A stretch of 63,273 nt of DNA, filler included, from Folioceros fuciformis (Eukaryota): the NCBI GenBank assembly GCA_049999805.1. It is 8 parts of 8 records of this genome, joined end to end, with 100 filler letters (N's around TTAATTAATTAA, not from the genome) between each part and the next. Parts side by side here need not be neighbours in the genome. Positions count along the whole stretch, not along the records: positions 1 to 18,815 come from JBNGIO010004660.1; 7 more parts are not named here. One strand, 5' to 3'. The notes beneath the pieces are model-generated. The model searched no databases. It was given only the letters and a program-made list of their open reading frames with translations, and was not told the origin of the DNA. Both the position numbers and the translations under genes were made by a program. Of this stretch, positions 1 through 12,300 are shown piece by piece. Positions within the stretch are counted from its first letter, which is position 1. Each line of letters starts with the position of its first letter.

Positions 1-2248
1 GCCTGGGCCTGAGGATTCTTCGATTGGCAGCCTATCTCGTGAGATGCTTTGGCAAAGTATAATTGGTAAATAATTCATATGAGTAGTTGATAAATGCTTA
101 TGCATAGGTAAACATAGGAGATGTTTTCAATATGCCTCTTTTCCACGTTGATTAAGCATGTTGTGGAGTAAGGAATAGAGTGATTTTCCACCATCACCTT
201 AATTAGGGGCTAGTCCCTAGTGTCTTTGTTACCTTTTGGTGATTTGTCTCACCTCTTTAGAAGTAGATGGATTTCTCATTATGGTTTTTTAAAAATAAAT
301 AAACATTTTTTAACCTTATATAGGAACCTTTGAGAACATGTTGGTTAGTTTCAGGTCAATAGGTTAGGAACCCTAGCGGTTGTAATTGTCAATTGCTTGA
401 GTTCACGAGACATGGTCTATATGCAACACACAATATGCTATGCAAGCATTCCTTGCTTTGTAGGCGCGCCCCCTACTTGTCAACCTTTTGCTTACTAGTG
501 CTTTTGAAAGATGGGCTCTCTTCTTCTTAAGAAGATGCATGCTCTATAGCTTAGCATCTATGGAAGAACTTCTAATATGTTCCAATTAAGGTGTGAGTTA
601 TAATTTATTTAAGGGNNNNNNNNNNNNNNNNNNNNNNNNNNNNNNNNNNNNNNNNNNNNNNNNNNNNNNNNNNNNNNNNNNNNNNNNNNNNNNNNNNNNN
701 NNNNNNNNNNNNNNNAACTCCTAATAAGTTGCAGTTACAAAACTGGCAGGAATTTGTATCTCATAATAGAGTGACTATTTTTTGTAACTAGGAAAAAATG
801 TGAAGCTATCTAGTATACACAATAAGCATTTATCTTGTAAATATAGTAGTAGAGTGCTTGATTATTTAGATGGAACACTTCTTGTTGTTGTAAAGACAAT
901 AGTTGTGAGTCTTCCATAATTTATGATCACCATAAATATTTGTTTTGATTGTGTGGATAAGCATTTGGTTTTGAGTTCATAGCAAAGCTGTTCTCATACT
1001 ATAGCCTTGAGTTTAAGTGCACAAATTCTTGTGGCTTGAGTTTGATACAAGTAATTAAAACATAAATCATATCATAAAATACAAAATAATATCAATAATA
1101 AAATAGGAAATTTGAAATGACTCTAATGAATAGCGCTATATATGACAACGAAGCCACTAATAAGCATTACTTTATTCCTGTGATTGTAAAGATACATACT
1201 AAAGAGAAAGATTTAAGGGTGTGTCATCTTCATGGTATCAAAAGTAACTTTATATGTATCTCCATTTGTTCTTTTGCAAGGGATGATAAGGTAATAAAGA
1301 AAGCCATTACAACCTTTAAAGTTAAGATGAATAATTTTTAACATTTTTTATCTTTGTTGTGTATTATTGGTAAAATAATAAATTTTTCTTTATTTTAGTT
1401 AAATAGGATGAGAAAACTCATTTACTCCTAAAGGGGGATTAAATCATGATTAAGACACTAGGGGCTAACCTCTTGAAACTTAATGACTTCCATCGGGGAT
1501 TTTTGGTTGTTTTTTTTTCCTTTCTGAACACATGGTTGGCCAGAGCAAGTGTACCGGGGTAAAAAGTGGCGTGGAGGACATTGCGACGAGAGGCATTGAG
1601 TGATTGGGAATCCCATAATAATAACATCTTGCGCTAGACAGGCAGCCGAGCTCCTGGAGTTACCAGCAGCCGGACGAAAGAAGCTGTCTGAGTGAAAGAC
1701 GACGTAATGCTCGTGTGTTTTGTTCCCATCCCGGTGCAGTTTCTGTTCAAATCTGTTCCGTTAGTCTTTAGCTGCAACTTTGTCACGCTTCCTTCTTCCT
1801 TCTCGTGGGAAGCCAATGTAATCCGGCTCCTCATCGACTTTGCCGGCGTTGGCTGTGTCTGCGCACCGCCGGCTGATCCGTAGCCTCGCCTGTGTGGAGT
1901 TGTGTGACGATGGAAGCCTGATGGACCGGCAGTGTAGGTGAGGAGATAGGGAGGCAGGCGTATCACCAGCGGCGCGAATTCTTTCGTGGCAAGATTGCCT
2001 CGGGGTAGATCGGCGTGCTAGGTCTCAACTGGTAGCTCTTCAGTGACGTAAACCTAGGCTAGTGACAGGTACTAGATCCGAGGAAGAACCTCCAAGCCCG
2101 TCCTGCAAAGAGGAGTTGGCAGTACATAGCTTGCGAAGCAGCTGCCGTCGCGAGAACAAGTAACCAAGCCCGCGGGGTGAGGAGGCCTGGGAGTGCTAGA
2201 TCGGTTCTGATCCGGTGTCAGGCTGCGGGCCTGATCGCGCCCCTGAAA

Positions 2249-5200
2249 ATGCAGGGGATGAGCAGGGTTTTGGTGTTTCTCGTCGTCATAGGGTACCTGC
2301 AGCTGTGTGGTGCGTCCGAGTACGATCACAAGGTGGGATCAGTGTGGGATATCTGTCGTCTTTCGGTATTGCGGCTTGTGCGGTCCGTGGCTGTGTACTG
2401 GATGGGCTTTGTCTTGCCGTGTCGAGGAGGTCATTTGATCTTGCTTCGTGGCGTTCCTAGACTCTTCCGTCTTTGTATTTGGGAATGGCCTCTACTGGCA
2501 ATGGTCGCGGAGTCCTCCAGTGGCATTTGAGGGCTGATTGTTGACGCTTGTATGCAGTATGGGGATGGAGATTCTGTAACTTTGTGGGTGAACAAAGTGG
2601 GACCGTACAACAACCCACAGGAGACCTACAATTATTACAGCTTACCATTTTGCCGTGCTAGTATTAGCAATCCATCTCACAAGTGGGGAGGACTTGGAGA
2701 GGTTTTGCAAGGAAATGAGCTCATCGACAGCCAGTTCGAGATCAAGTTTAGGCGTAAGCACAAACAGAGCCCCTCTTTGTGGGACGAGTTGTTCTCATGG
2801 GATCAAAAGTATGGTTTTGGTTCAGCGTGGAAGCGCTGGCGAGCTTGTGGTGCTTTCCAAGGAAAACCAATGTCGGTACGTGGGCACACCTGACTTTCGA
2901 GTACGCACGTTCTTGCAGAACCGGTCGAGAAGGCTCCCATTTGTAAGATCGATTTGGACGAGGAGAGAGTGGCTGAATTCAAAGATGCAATTGAGAACCT
3001 CTATTGGTTTGAGTTTTTCATGGGTAAGAACGATCTTGATTTGTTTGGCCCGCATTAATTCCAAACCTCCTACAGTTGCCTGGCCAGATAGCTTTTGGGA
3101 TGCGTTCTAGACGGCTTTGACTAATCAAGAACTCTTTTCTGTGGTTTGTGTGGGCGCTTCTGTTGGTTTTATTCAGACGACCTTCCTCTATGGGGTATGT
3201 CCTCTTCCTGAAAGCCCGCTTTCTCTTCGATGCGTTTGCTGTCCGTTTGTTCAACGGACAGCCTGATTAATGGCACTTTCTCTTCACACTCAGGATCTGT
3301 GGGGAAATTGGACGACGAAATGAAACCTTATGTCTACTCGCACAAGAACTTCATCATCAAATACCGCAATGATCAGGTGAGTTTGACAACTTAGCTGCTC
3401 GAACTAGCTGGCATAATTCCACGGAGAATACTTCTGAAGAACTTGTTTTTGCTTGTGTGCTTAACAGATCATCAACGTCAATCTCACTCAGGACAACCCT
3501 GAGCTGCTTGAGAGTGGAAAAAGCTTGGAACTCAAATACTCTGTCAAGTGGGTCCCCACAAACACCACCTTTGCCAGGCGTTTCGATGCTTATTTGGACT
3601 ATCCTTTCTTTGAGCATCAGGTATTGCAAAAGGGCTCATGGCAGTCCTGCTCTCGATGTTGCTGTTCTGTTGTGTGATGTAATGCTTTGCTCCATCTCGG
3701 TGGGGTTTTGTGCTTGCGAAGATGTCTTGTAGATGCACAGAATGTTCCTTTTTTTTGCTTGTTTGTGGGCTCGAAAATCTGAAGACCCAAGGTTGAAGGA
3801 TTTGGTCTGCTGTGTGTTGTGATTCAGATCCACTGGTTTTCGATCTTCAACTCATTCATGATGGTGATATTTCTCACTGGGCTTGTATCCATGATCCTGA
3901 TGCGCACTTTGAGGAATGACTATGCAAAATATGCTCGGGAGGAAGATGATCTGGAAACCTTGGTAGGACGCCACATTCCTTGCTTCCTTTCAGACGAGGG
4001 GTCGTTGGCAAATGAAATCGTTCACCAAGGTCTACATTTTAAACATGTTGCTTGTTTTCATGCGTCTTTGATTCAGGAAAGAGATGTAAGCGAGGAGTCA
4101 GGTTGGAAGCTTGTCCATGGTGATGTCTTCCGATCACCTCGTAATCTGGTATTGCTGTCAGCACTCGTGGGAACTGGGGCTCAGTTGGCAACACTTGTTC
4201 TCCTTGTGATCTTCTTTGCCATTGTTGGCATGTTATATGTAGGGTATGTCCATGCCGCCTAAAATCATGCTGAGCTTCATCATGTCTTCCCTTGTTAGAA
4301 ATTGTGTGGGTGTGATATGCATGTTGTCGCTGACAGACGAGGAGCAATTGCAACTACATTCATTGTATGCTATGCTTTGACGTCCTTCATATCTGGATAT
4401 TTGAGTGGGGGATTCTATTCGAGGAATGACGGTACGACCTGAATTCATGTTTTGTTGAGTACTTTTGTGGCTGTAGGGTTTCCTGGTCATTTTGCCAAGT
4501 TTGTGATGCATCTAGTGATGAATTTTGTGGAATCTAATGGGAAACTCTGGGCCAAGTGCAGGTAAACACTGGATAAAGTCAATGCTCCTCACTGCCTCAT
4601 TATTCCCATTCTTGTGCTTCAGCATTGGTTTCTTCCTGAACACTGTTGCCATTGGGTATCACTCCCTTGCAGCCATTCCCTTCGGGACCATGGTGAGTGT
4701 TGAGGAAACTGATTCTCTGCGCCAGACATGGACGGTTTTGATCTCTGTTCAAGGTCGTAACATCTGGTTCCACAGGTAGTGGTATTTGTGATCTGGGCTT
4801 TTATATCCTTCCCACTGGCTCTTCTGGGAACTGTCGTTGGGAGAAACTGGAGTGGTATCCCCGACAACCCTTGCAGAGTAAAAACCATCCCAAGACCTAT
4901 CCCTGAGAAGAAGTGGTACCTTACGCCGTTGGTGGTGTCGCTTATGGGAGGATTACTGCCATTTGGAAGCATTTTCATCGAGATGTATTTCGTTTTCACA
5001 TCGTTCTGGAATTACAAGGTGAGTCAGTGTCCAGTTGCAACAGTCAGTGGGTCGTGTTTCTCAAAATCTGGGTGTTATGGGCTGACATGTGGGTTCTCTT
5101 CCAGGTGTACTATGTGTACGGGTTCATGCTGCTGGTGTTTTTGATCCTCATCATTGTCACAGTGTGCGTCACCATCGTTGGTACTTACTTCTTGCTGAAT

Positions 5201-5555
5201 GCGGAGAACTATCACTGGCAGTGGACCTCCTTCTTCTCCGCTGCTTCTACGGCTGGTTATGTGTATCTATACTCAATCTACTACTACTTCGTGAAGACCA
5301 AGATGTCTGGTTTCTTTCAGACAAGTTTCTACTTCGGCTACACCCTCATGTTTTGCATCGGGCTCGGCATCCTGTGTGGTAAAGACTCTGGTCCGGCTAA
5401 TTGCTTGAGCAACACGGCTGGTTTTTCTTGATCCCCAAGACAATGTCTTTGCTTACGTCTGTCTTTGCCATGTGTTGTCTCCGGCAGGTGCTGTCGGTTA
5501 TTTGGGTTCATCCATGTTCGTAAGGCGAATTTACAGAAATATCAAGTGTGATTGA
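2249..5555 (+). CDS. TMN1: Transmembrane 9 superfamily member (TMN1/EMP12-like), 13 exons
   Basis: Spliced GT-AG model: signal peptide [13 protein letters not shown]..., then [89 protein letters not shown]. Ends RNIKCD* (TGA 5553-5555), a KXD/E Golgi-retention motif. Start could be the ATG at 2258. Confidence 0.95.
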
Positions 5556-6090
5556 GCTCTTGAGGTAGTTGTAACGCTCCGGTCGAGGTCGAGCTGCTGC
5601 TTCTTGGAGCTGGGACCCTGACTTCTGGTGCCTCTCTGTGGGCACGGGAGGAAAGGTTTCTCTCTCCGTGTTGCTTTACAGGACTTCCCTTCTGTGTGCC
5701 TGTAGATGCAAGGAAGCGCACTGCAGATGTGGTGGTCCATCTTTGTACATGTTAGATCGTGGAGGAGCCAGCAGCCCAGATGGTCGCTACATGAATCTTT
5801 GACCAAGTAGTCTATAGATACGTAGTCTGCTGCTACTGCAGTCCATGCATTACAGGATCGGTAGGACTAGAGAATCAGATCCTCCTCCCTCTCGTAATGT
5901 CAAAGGTGGTCGCCAGTCTCCAAGTCTGCTATCAGGCAATTTTTTCTTGTCCTACATAGGCTAAATGTTATCTCTCAGCAGAGTTATGCAGACCCGGGTG
6001 TGAAGCTACATAGTGGCCTCCACTTCGTCTCCAGAGGTCTACGACATTCTTCTTGTGCTTCTTCGTGCGTCACGCAGGCCACAATTCACG

Positions 6091-7107
6091 ATGGGGATTC
6101 TGCGAGCGGAATGGCTAGAAGTGACGCAGCCCCAGGGCGCCCCTTCGCCACGGAGCTCTCATGCCGTGGCGGTGGTGGACAAGAAAGCCTACGTGTTCGG
6201 AGGTGAGCACGAGCCGCGAGTCCCCATCGACAACTATGTGCACGTCTTTGATCTTGAAAGCAGGGATTGGTCTGTGGCCGAGGCCAAGGGCCATGCCCCT
6301 CTTCCCAGGGTGGGCGTCACCCTGGCTGCCGTAGGCCACACCATCTACATGTTCGCAGGCAGGGACGAGAAGCACGAAGAGCTCGGGGAGCTCTACTCCT
6401 TCGACACCCGTACCAGCGAATGGAAGCTGCTGTCGGACGGAGCTGGTGATTGCGGCGCCAAGGCTCCACCCGCCCGGAGCTACCACGCCATGGCCGCCGA
6501 TCAGCACAACAAGCGGATCTACATATTCGGCGGCTGCGGCAAGGACGGCAGCATTGGAGAGTGCGGCAAGGCAGGCAGGTTCTACGACCTCTGGACTTAC
6601 GACATCGAGAGCGGGAAGTGGAGTGCCCTGCCAATCTTCCCTGCCTGCGCCCCGCGGGGAGGCCCTGGTCTAGAGGTGGCCGCCGGTGCAGTGTGGGTCA
6701 TTTTCGGCTTCAACGGCCAAGAGCTTTCGGATGTGTTCAGATACGACATCCAGACATCCAGCTGGGAGGAGGTTGTGGCGTTCGACGAGGACGGCAAGAG
6801 GCCGTTCGGAAGGAGCGTGTTTGGCAGTGCCGCCATCGGCAAGCATGTGTTGATCTACGGTGGGGAGGTGGACCCCAGCGATCTGGGCCACCTAGGTGCA
6901 GGCTCCTTCACGTCCGACGTCCTGGTGCTGGACACGGAGACGCTCAGGTGGGAGAAGCCCGCGGTGGAGAACAAGCGTGGTGATCCCGGAGCCAGAGGCT
7001 GGTTTGCCGCTGGCTCCTTCGACAACTCCATGCTCGTGTATGGAGGGAATTCGGAGAGCAATGACCGACTAAATGACATGTATTTGCTAAGCTTGGTGGA
7101 TGACTGA
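6091..7107 (+). CDS. Kelch-repeat beta-propeller protein, nitrile-specifier protein 5-like; intronless CDS
   Basis: Repeated Kelch motifs (PRSSH...YVFGGE, ARSYH...YIFGGC, PRGG, GRSVF...IYGGEVDPSDLGHLGAG, ARGWFA...VYGGNS). First ATG at 6091; the ORF track starts earlier at a GTG. Confidence 0.88.
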   Translation: MGILRAEWLEVTQPQGAPSPRSSHAVAVVDKKAYVFGGEHEPRVPIDNYVHVFDLESRDWSVAEAKGHAPLPRVGVTLAAVGHTIYMFAGRDEKHEELGELYSFDTRTSEWKLLSDGAGDCGAKAPPARSYHAMAADQHNKRIYIFGGCGKDGSIGECGKAGRFYDLWTYDIESGKWSALPIFPACAPRGGPGLEVAAGAVWVIFGFNGQELSDVFRYDIQTSSWEEVVAFDEDGKRPFGRSVFGSAAIGKHVLIYGGEVDPSDLGHLGAGSFTSDVLVLDTETLRWEKPAVENKRGDPGARGWFAAGSFDNSMLVYGGNSESNDRLNDMYLLSLVDD

Positions 7108-7179
7108 CTGAGCGAGCCCCACATGAATGAAACGTGACCGGGGTGGAGGCTCTGGTAAAATACATGGACGTTTGGTGCG

Positions 7180-8559
7180 TTAATCCGATGAAGCTGGCAC
7201 AGCAGCGGAGAAAATTTGGGGTCCTAATCTCTGTAGTTCCTCCAAAACCTCCTCTTCCGACCGGTAGATGAAGTCGCTCATTCTCCACATCTGAAGGGTG
7301 CCGCCCCCTCCTGGGGTTTCCCCGCCATCCGACACGCTCACCAGCGTCCACGGATCCCCCGGGTTCCAGTGGAAGTCCACCACCTTGCTGCGGTGGCCCG
7401 CATGCTGGAAGAAAAGGCCGGGTGAGGGTTTCGAGAATCGCTTGGATGCTTTGCTTACGTTATCCGTGGTGCTTGCCGCGGTGGTCTTCTCGTGGTCCCA
7501 GACATTGAGCAGGCCGTCTTCCGCACAGCTCCCGAAGACGGAGGCCTTGTCGGGGCACCACTGCACGCAGAGCACCGCGGCCGTGTGGCCCTCGAACCTG
7601 TGGATTGGCTGCCCCGGCTTCCGGAGGTCCAAGAGGCGGACGGAGGCGTCTGCGGAGCCGGTGAGCAGCAAGTTCTCGTCCATGGAGTTCCAGTCCACAG
7701 TGTGCACGTCCGCGTCGTGCGCCTTCTCCACCTTCACGGCGGGCTCGAATCCGGCTCTGGCATCCCACACGATGAGGCAGGAGTCGTCTCCCACGCTACA
7801 GAACTCGTCGGGGCTAGACGGCCGGAACTGGACGTCTTCCACGGTGGAGGAATGGCCCTTGAACACCCCGCGGGCCTCCACCCGATTGGAGCCAGACCTG
7901 GTGCGCTCGGTGGATCCCGACCCCCCGCTGTTCCAGCTCTGCCGCCCGGGGCCCTGCCCTGTCCTGGTGATGTGATCCTCGATTGCCCACAGCACTACGC
8001 TCCGATCTTTCCCTCCTGAGAGCACAAGCGCCTGCACGGGGCTGCACGCGAGGGCGAACTCCGCGTCGTCGGCGTGGCCTGTCAAGATGAGGTCGGGGCG
8101 GGAGGGCAGCGCTCCCAGCGACGCCGCGCGGTTAGGTTGCGCCTCCACGTTCCACACCAGGACCTCCGGACTGTCGGTGTGAGTGGCCACAATCTTGGTG
8201 TTCTGCGGGAGCTCCCTGATCCTGTTCACCTCGCCCGGGTGGATGATGGTCTTGTGTTTCTTCACGAATGGTGACTTGCCGTCAAGGGTGAAGTGGGAGA
8301 TGTGCTGCGCGTTGGCCACCCGCTGCTTCACCACGTCGCAGTTGGCCACCACCAGGGTGTTGGGCATGCTCCCATCCGTCTGCTCGCACATGTAGAGCCG
8401 CTGCCGGTTCCTATACGTGCCCTGCTCCAGCTTCGGTCCCCAGCGGCATGACAGGGATGGCCACATGAGCTGGTGGTTTGCAAACCAGTCGTACAGCACC
8501 GGCACCATGGCCTTCCACCCCGAGTAGGCATCTTGCTCTCCTTGCCTCTTCATGCTCAT
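7180..8559 (-). CDS. MSI4: WD40 histone-binding protein MSI4/FVE-like (RbAp46/48 family); intronless
   Basis: 459-aa single ORF: WKAMVPVLYDWFANHQLMWPSLSCRWGP, RQRLY..EQTDGS.PNTLV, IIHPGEVNRIRELPQN, FFQHAGHRSKVVDFHWN..DPWT, GGGTLQMWRMSD. Confidence 0.93.
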   Translation of the reverse strand: MSMKRQGEQDAYSGWKAMVPVLYDWFANHQLMWPSLSCRWGPKLEQGTYRNRQRLYMCEQTDGSMPNTLVVANCDVVKQRVANAQHISHFTLDGKSPFVKKHKTIIHPGEVNRIRELPQNTKIVATHTDSPEVLVWNVEAQPNRAASLGALPSRPDLILTGHADDAEFALACSPVQALVLSGGKDRSVVLWAIEDHITRTGQGPGRQSWNSGGSGSTERTRSGSNRVEARGVFKGHSSTVEDVQFRPSSPDEFCSVGDDSCLIVWDARAGFEPAVKVEKAHDADVHTVDWNSMDENLLLTGSADASVRLLDLRKPGQPIHRFEGHTAAVLCVQWCPDKASVFGSCAEDGLLNVWDHEKTTAASTTDNVSKASKRFSKPSPGLFFQHAGHRSKVVDFHWNPGDPWTLVSVSDGGETPGGGGTLQMWRMSDFIYRSEEEVLEELQRLGPQIFSAAVPASSD

Positions 8560-9311
8560 GCCGGCCCCTTGCTGCCGTCACGCCATCCCTGATGCTCCAC
8601 CCTGCCACACAGCAGATACATCGGTCACAGCCTGCTCCTTGCCCTGCCCTCACCCTGTTCCTACTCTGCTCCTGCTCAGCCCCTCCTGTTTAGCATCTTC
8701 TTGCTCTTGCTCCTGCTCTCCCCCTCACCAGACTTTCGGTTGCTCCGATCGCGGTGCTGTGATCCCCTCACCTCTTCCGCTACTGACCCGATCACCTTGC
8801 AATAATCCAGTTCCCAAGGATCCCACAACAATCCATTACCGGCCCACTGCATCAAGGGGCCTAATTAGGTCAACCAGGGCCATGAACACCTAAAACCATC
8901 CTGCCATCCACGCTTGCCCCCTCTGCTAACTTCCCTCTTCTTCTTCCCATTTCTCTCTCTTCTGAGACATGGCAATTTAATTGGTACTCAGTTTATCTCC
9001 TACAAAACTTACAGCAAATCTGACCCATGTTTTCTGTGTCCGGAGAGATCCCACGATCCACGAAACCCACGCTTCTCCTGCCAAGTGTAGGTCAAAGTTT
9101 GTCGAAGCTGTCTCTTTCGCCAGTCAGGGATGGAGCATGTGATACGTTTCTTTCTCAGGCTTTATTTGACTTTAGTCTGTGGAAAGGAGCTACACAGCAA
9201 AATTCGGACGCAAAAGAGTCGTTGCAGACCGAGCTAAACGAGAAACCGGGGGTTGCACTCTTCATGCTTTGCTGTGAAGATAAGTACGTTACTCTTACGC
9301 CGGATGAGTGA

Positions 9312-12300
9312 CTAGGAGCTTGCTTCCACAGTATATAGGCCCCTTGGAATCTCGATGGTGGCCTGCCTGGGTGAATTTTGGATTGCAAGACCGAGGCAAT
9401 AACCTAGCGCCCTAGCCACAGGGACTGCAACCGCATTCCCCACCTGCCTGTACCTGAGAATCGATTACTGCTTAGTAAGAAAAGCATTGTTGCGTGGAAA
9501 GATGTAAAGATGCGTGTCTTGCAAACTGCCGAACACACCTCTCCTTTGTGTCTCCGAAGAGCCTGTAGTGGTCGGGGAAGCCCTGTAGCCTTGCATTTTC
9601 TCGAACAGTAAGAACTCTGTCTTGCGTGGGGTGGATTACGATCTGCACAACGTTGAGGCACGGGAGCGTTAGATGCAGACTCATCGACGAAATGCTTCTA
9701 TGCCAAAGCCCACGAGAATCCGACCTGATTGTGTGGTTCAGCTCGGGTAACTACAGTTGAGACATTTTCGTCCCACCAAAGGCGACCGAAAGGCCTGCAA
9801 AGCACAGCTCGGAAGCATTAACCAAAGGAAAAATCAAACCACTTCAGCAGCACACGGTCTCTACGTAACCGTACTTGAATGACTTCCCTTTCTTGTATGA
9901 TAGAGCATAATCTGGAACCTGTGACAAACGTAGGGACGTCAGCAATACATTTCATGAACAAATCAACAGCCAAGATGGCGGTTCAGACTCACCAAGGGTT
10001 TGCCCGACTTGAGCAAAGCTCGTGTGCCTTCCTTGAGACGAGCCGTTTTGCTCGGCGACACCAAAACACCTTCCAGATTCCGAAAGTTGGCACCCTGCAA
10101 AATGGGAAGATGAGCAACGACCCATTACAGTGAAATGCTGCGGCCATCTGAGACACGTGTGAAGCGGAAGTACCTTTTCCTTGGGAATGAGGCGGACACG
10201 ATCGATGTCGTCCTGCGTCAGCTGCAGAGGTTTATGGTCGTAGACTTTCCTAGTGACTCGACCTTCAAATTGAGAGCGTCCATGGAGTCAGTTCTAAACT
10301 CCTCCGCCTGCCACCACCACTAAAGGCAACACTCAGATTGAGGTGCAAATCACCGTCTGCTCCGAGGCGCTGGAATCGCTGGAAGTCATGAAGAGGTGGA
10401 CTCTTCGAGATGATGAAGTCCCGTTTTTCAGAGTTGTTAACCTTTCAGTGGCAAGACCTGTCAGAACATGCATGTGACACGCATGTGCACTGAAGGAGGA
10501 TGAATCCCACCTCCTAACTTACTGGAGGTAGATCGGAGATGGCATCTTCGAGCACGAGGGCTTTTGCTAGCACTGGCTTGCAATCTTTATCATACGCGAC
10601 AACGTTATTCTGCACAATAGGTACCAGTAATATGAAAAACGGAGGGAGCTGGACGATACAGCATAGGACCACAAAGCATAGCATCGACTTACCTCCCAGT
10701 CCTTGGGAGCGTGCCCTCTTGTGTTCACCACATGGTGTGTGGGCAAAGGGAAGGAGGGTAAGATCTGCTCCGCACAGAACAGGTGCAGCATGTCAGGCTG
10801 GGATGGTGTGAAGGCGATCAGTAGGTGCCCTGCCTGTCTAGAATGTTTCTGAGCACCTCTGATGAAGAAGCCCCCCACAGAAAAGCACGCATTCGGAACT
10901 GGGGAAGACCGTAGCATCCCGCAGTCATGATGCCTATGGCAGCCTGCAAAACCTCGTAATCACGTGTAAGCTGGGCATGTGCTGACATGTAAAAGCCAGA
11001 AGCTCCGGAAGACAGGCACAGCTCACTTCCGCACCAACCTGATATCGCATGGCAACCAGCCGGCTCAAGGAATACCGTCCTAGGTATCCACCACAGAACT
11101 TGAGGAGATCAACAACATTTTCCATCAACACAAATCTCGGCTTCAAGAACTCCACAATGTCCATGAAGATTTGCAGCTGCTTGTTCTTCTCGTCTTGCAT
11201 TGGACTGTTGCGTTTTCGGAACCTGTTGAAGCCACTGATGCCCTGGCAAGGTGGTCCTCCACAGACAACATCTACTTCTCCCTGTGCAGGCAAGGCTAAA
11301 GATATGTGAGACCCACAAACACAGTCCTTCGGTAAAAGGCAGTGCACATCAGCACCTCACAAAGGAACTTACAGGCAGTGGAAGAAGTTTCTCCTTTTGT
11401 GCTTTCCAGATGAACTCAGCTATCCGATGGTCACTGATGCATTACACGACCACCGGTGGTCAATCGTGCACTTTTTGGATGAAATCCAATAACTGAACAG
11501 CATCATAACAACAACTGAGTCACTATCGAGCATACTCAAAGCTTGCAGCCGGCTGCCATGTATCGTGATCCTCACTGTATCCTTTCCAGCGTATCTATAT
11601 TGTTAGAGAAGTCTTACAGTTAGAGAAGTCAAGAGAGTCAGAGTCCATAAGAGGACACTGCAACGTTAATTGGAAGGTGAAGTCCGCCTACTTTGAATTC
11701 AATACCAGCTTCTCCCATCCTTACAGACATAATTTTATCTATTTCGAAAGTCTCTTCATCAGCTGCTTCCCCTTCGTCATCACTTTGAGATCCCTTTACT
11801 CCTAATGACAGGGGATGTCTAAGCAAAAGATCCTGCCAAGTGCGAATCAACTCCAAGAACTCTTCTGCTCCCATGTTGAACACCTGAATGGATGATACAA
11901 ATCGAAGATTTAAAGGGTTGGCATACATGCGTGATGAATTCAGACCCGCTCACAAATTTGTAAGCTCTTACAGTCGTCTCCCGGTGATTATGGTGCAGAC
12001 TCTCGGAAGCGGCCGGATTCTGATCAACAGCCCATCTCTGTCCACACAGCACACAGGGAATTAGTTTTGAGGATACAGCTGCAGCTGCAGATGCCAGCAT
12101 GCACATTCCATAAGCAAGTTGGAGAACCTAACCGTGACAAGATTGACTCCTGAGAACTGAGAACCAGAGCAAAGGCCAGTTGACATAGCCCCACATCCAC
12201 AGTAAAGGTCCAGAAGGAGAAGTGGTGGCCCTTCGACTGCCTTGCTACCCAAATTGTAGTCACAGCGGTTACTCCCCGTACTGCTCTCCTTGGATTCGGT

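Noticed and set aside
1-615. Possible degenerate coding or TE sequence on the minus strand
   Set aside because: No recognisable motif; many stops; cannot be assigned.
6115-8395. Many long overlapping and antisense ORFs over the Kelch and MSI4 genes (also over katanin, PPR and SUO-like)
   Set aside because: Shadow ORFs from GC-rich codon usage; no domain signal.
10264-10330. Apparent in-frame stop in CMT suggesting a pseudogene
   Set aside because: Resolved by an AAG acceptor at ~10263 that keeps phase ([13 protein letters not shown]).
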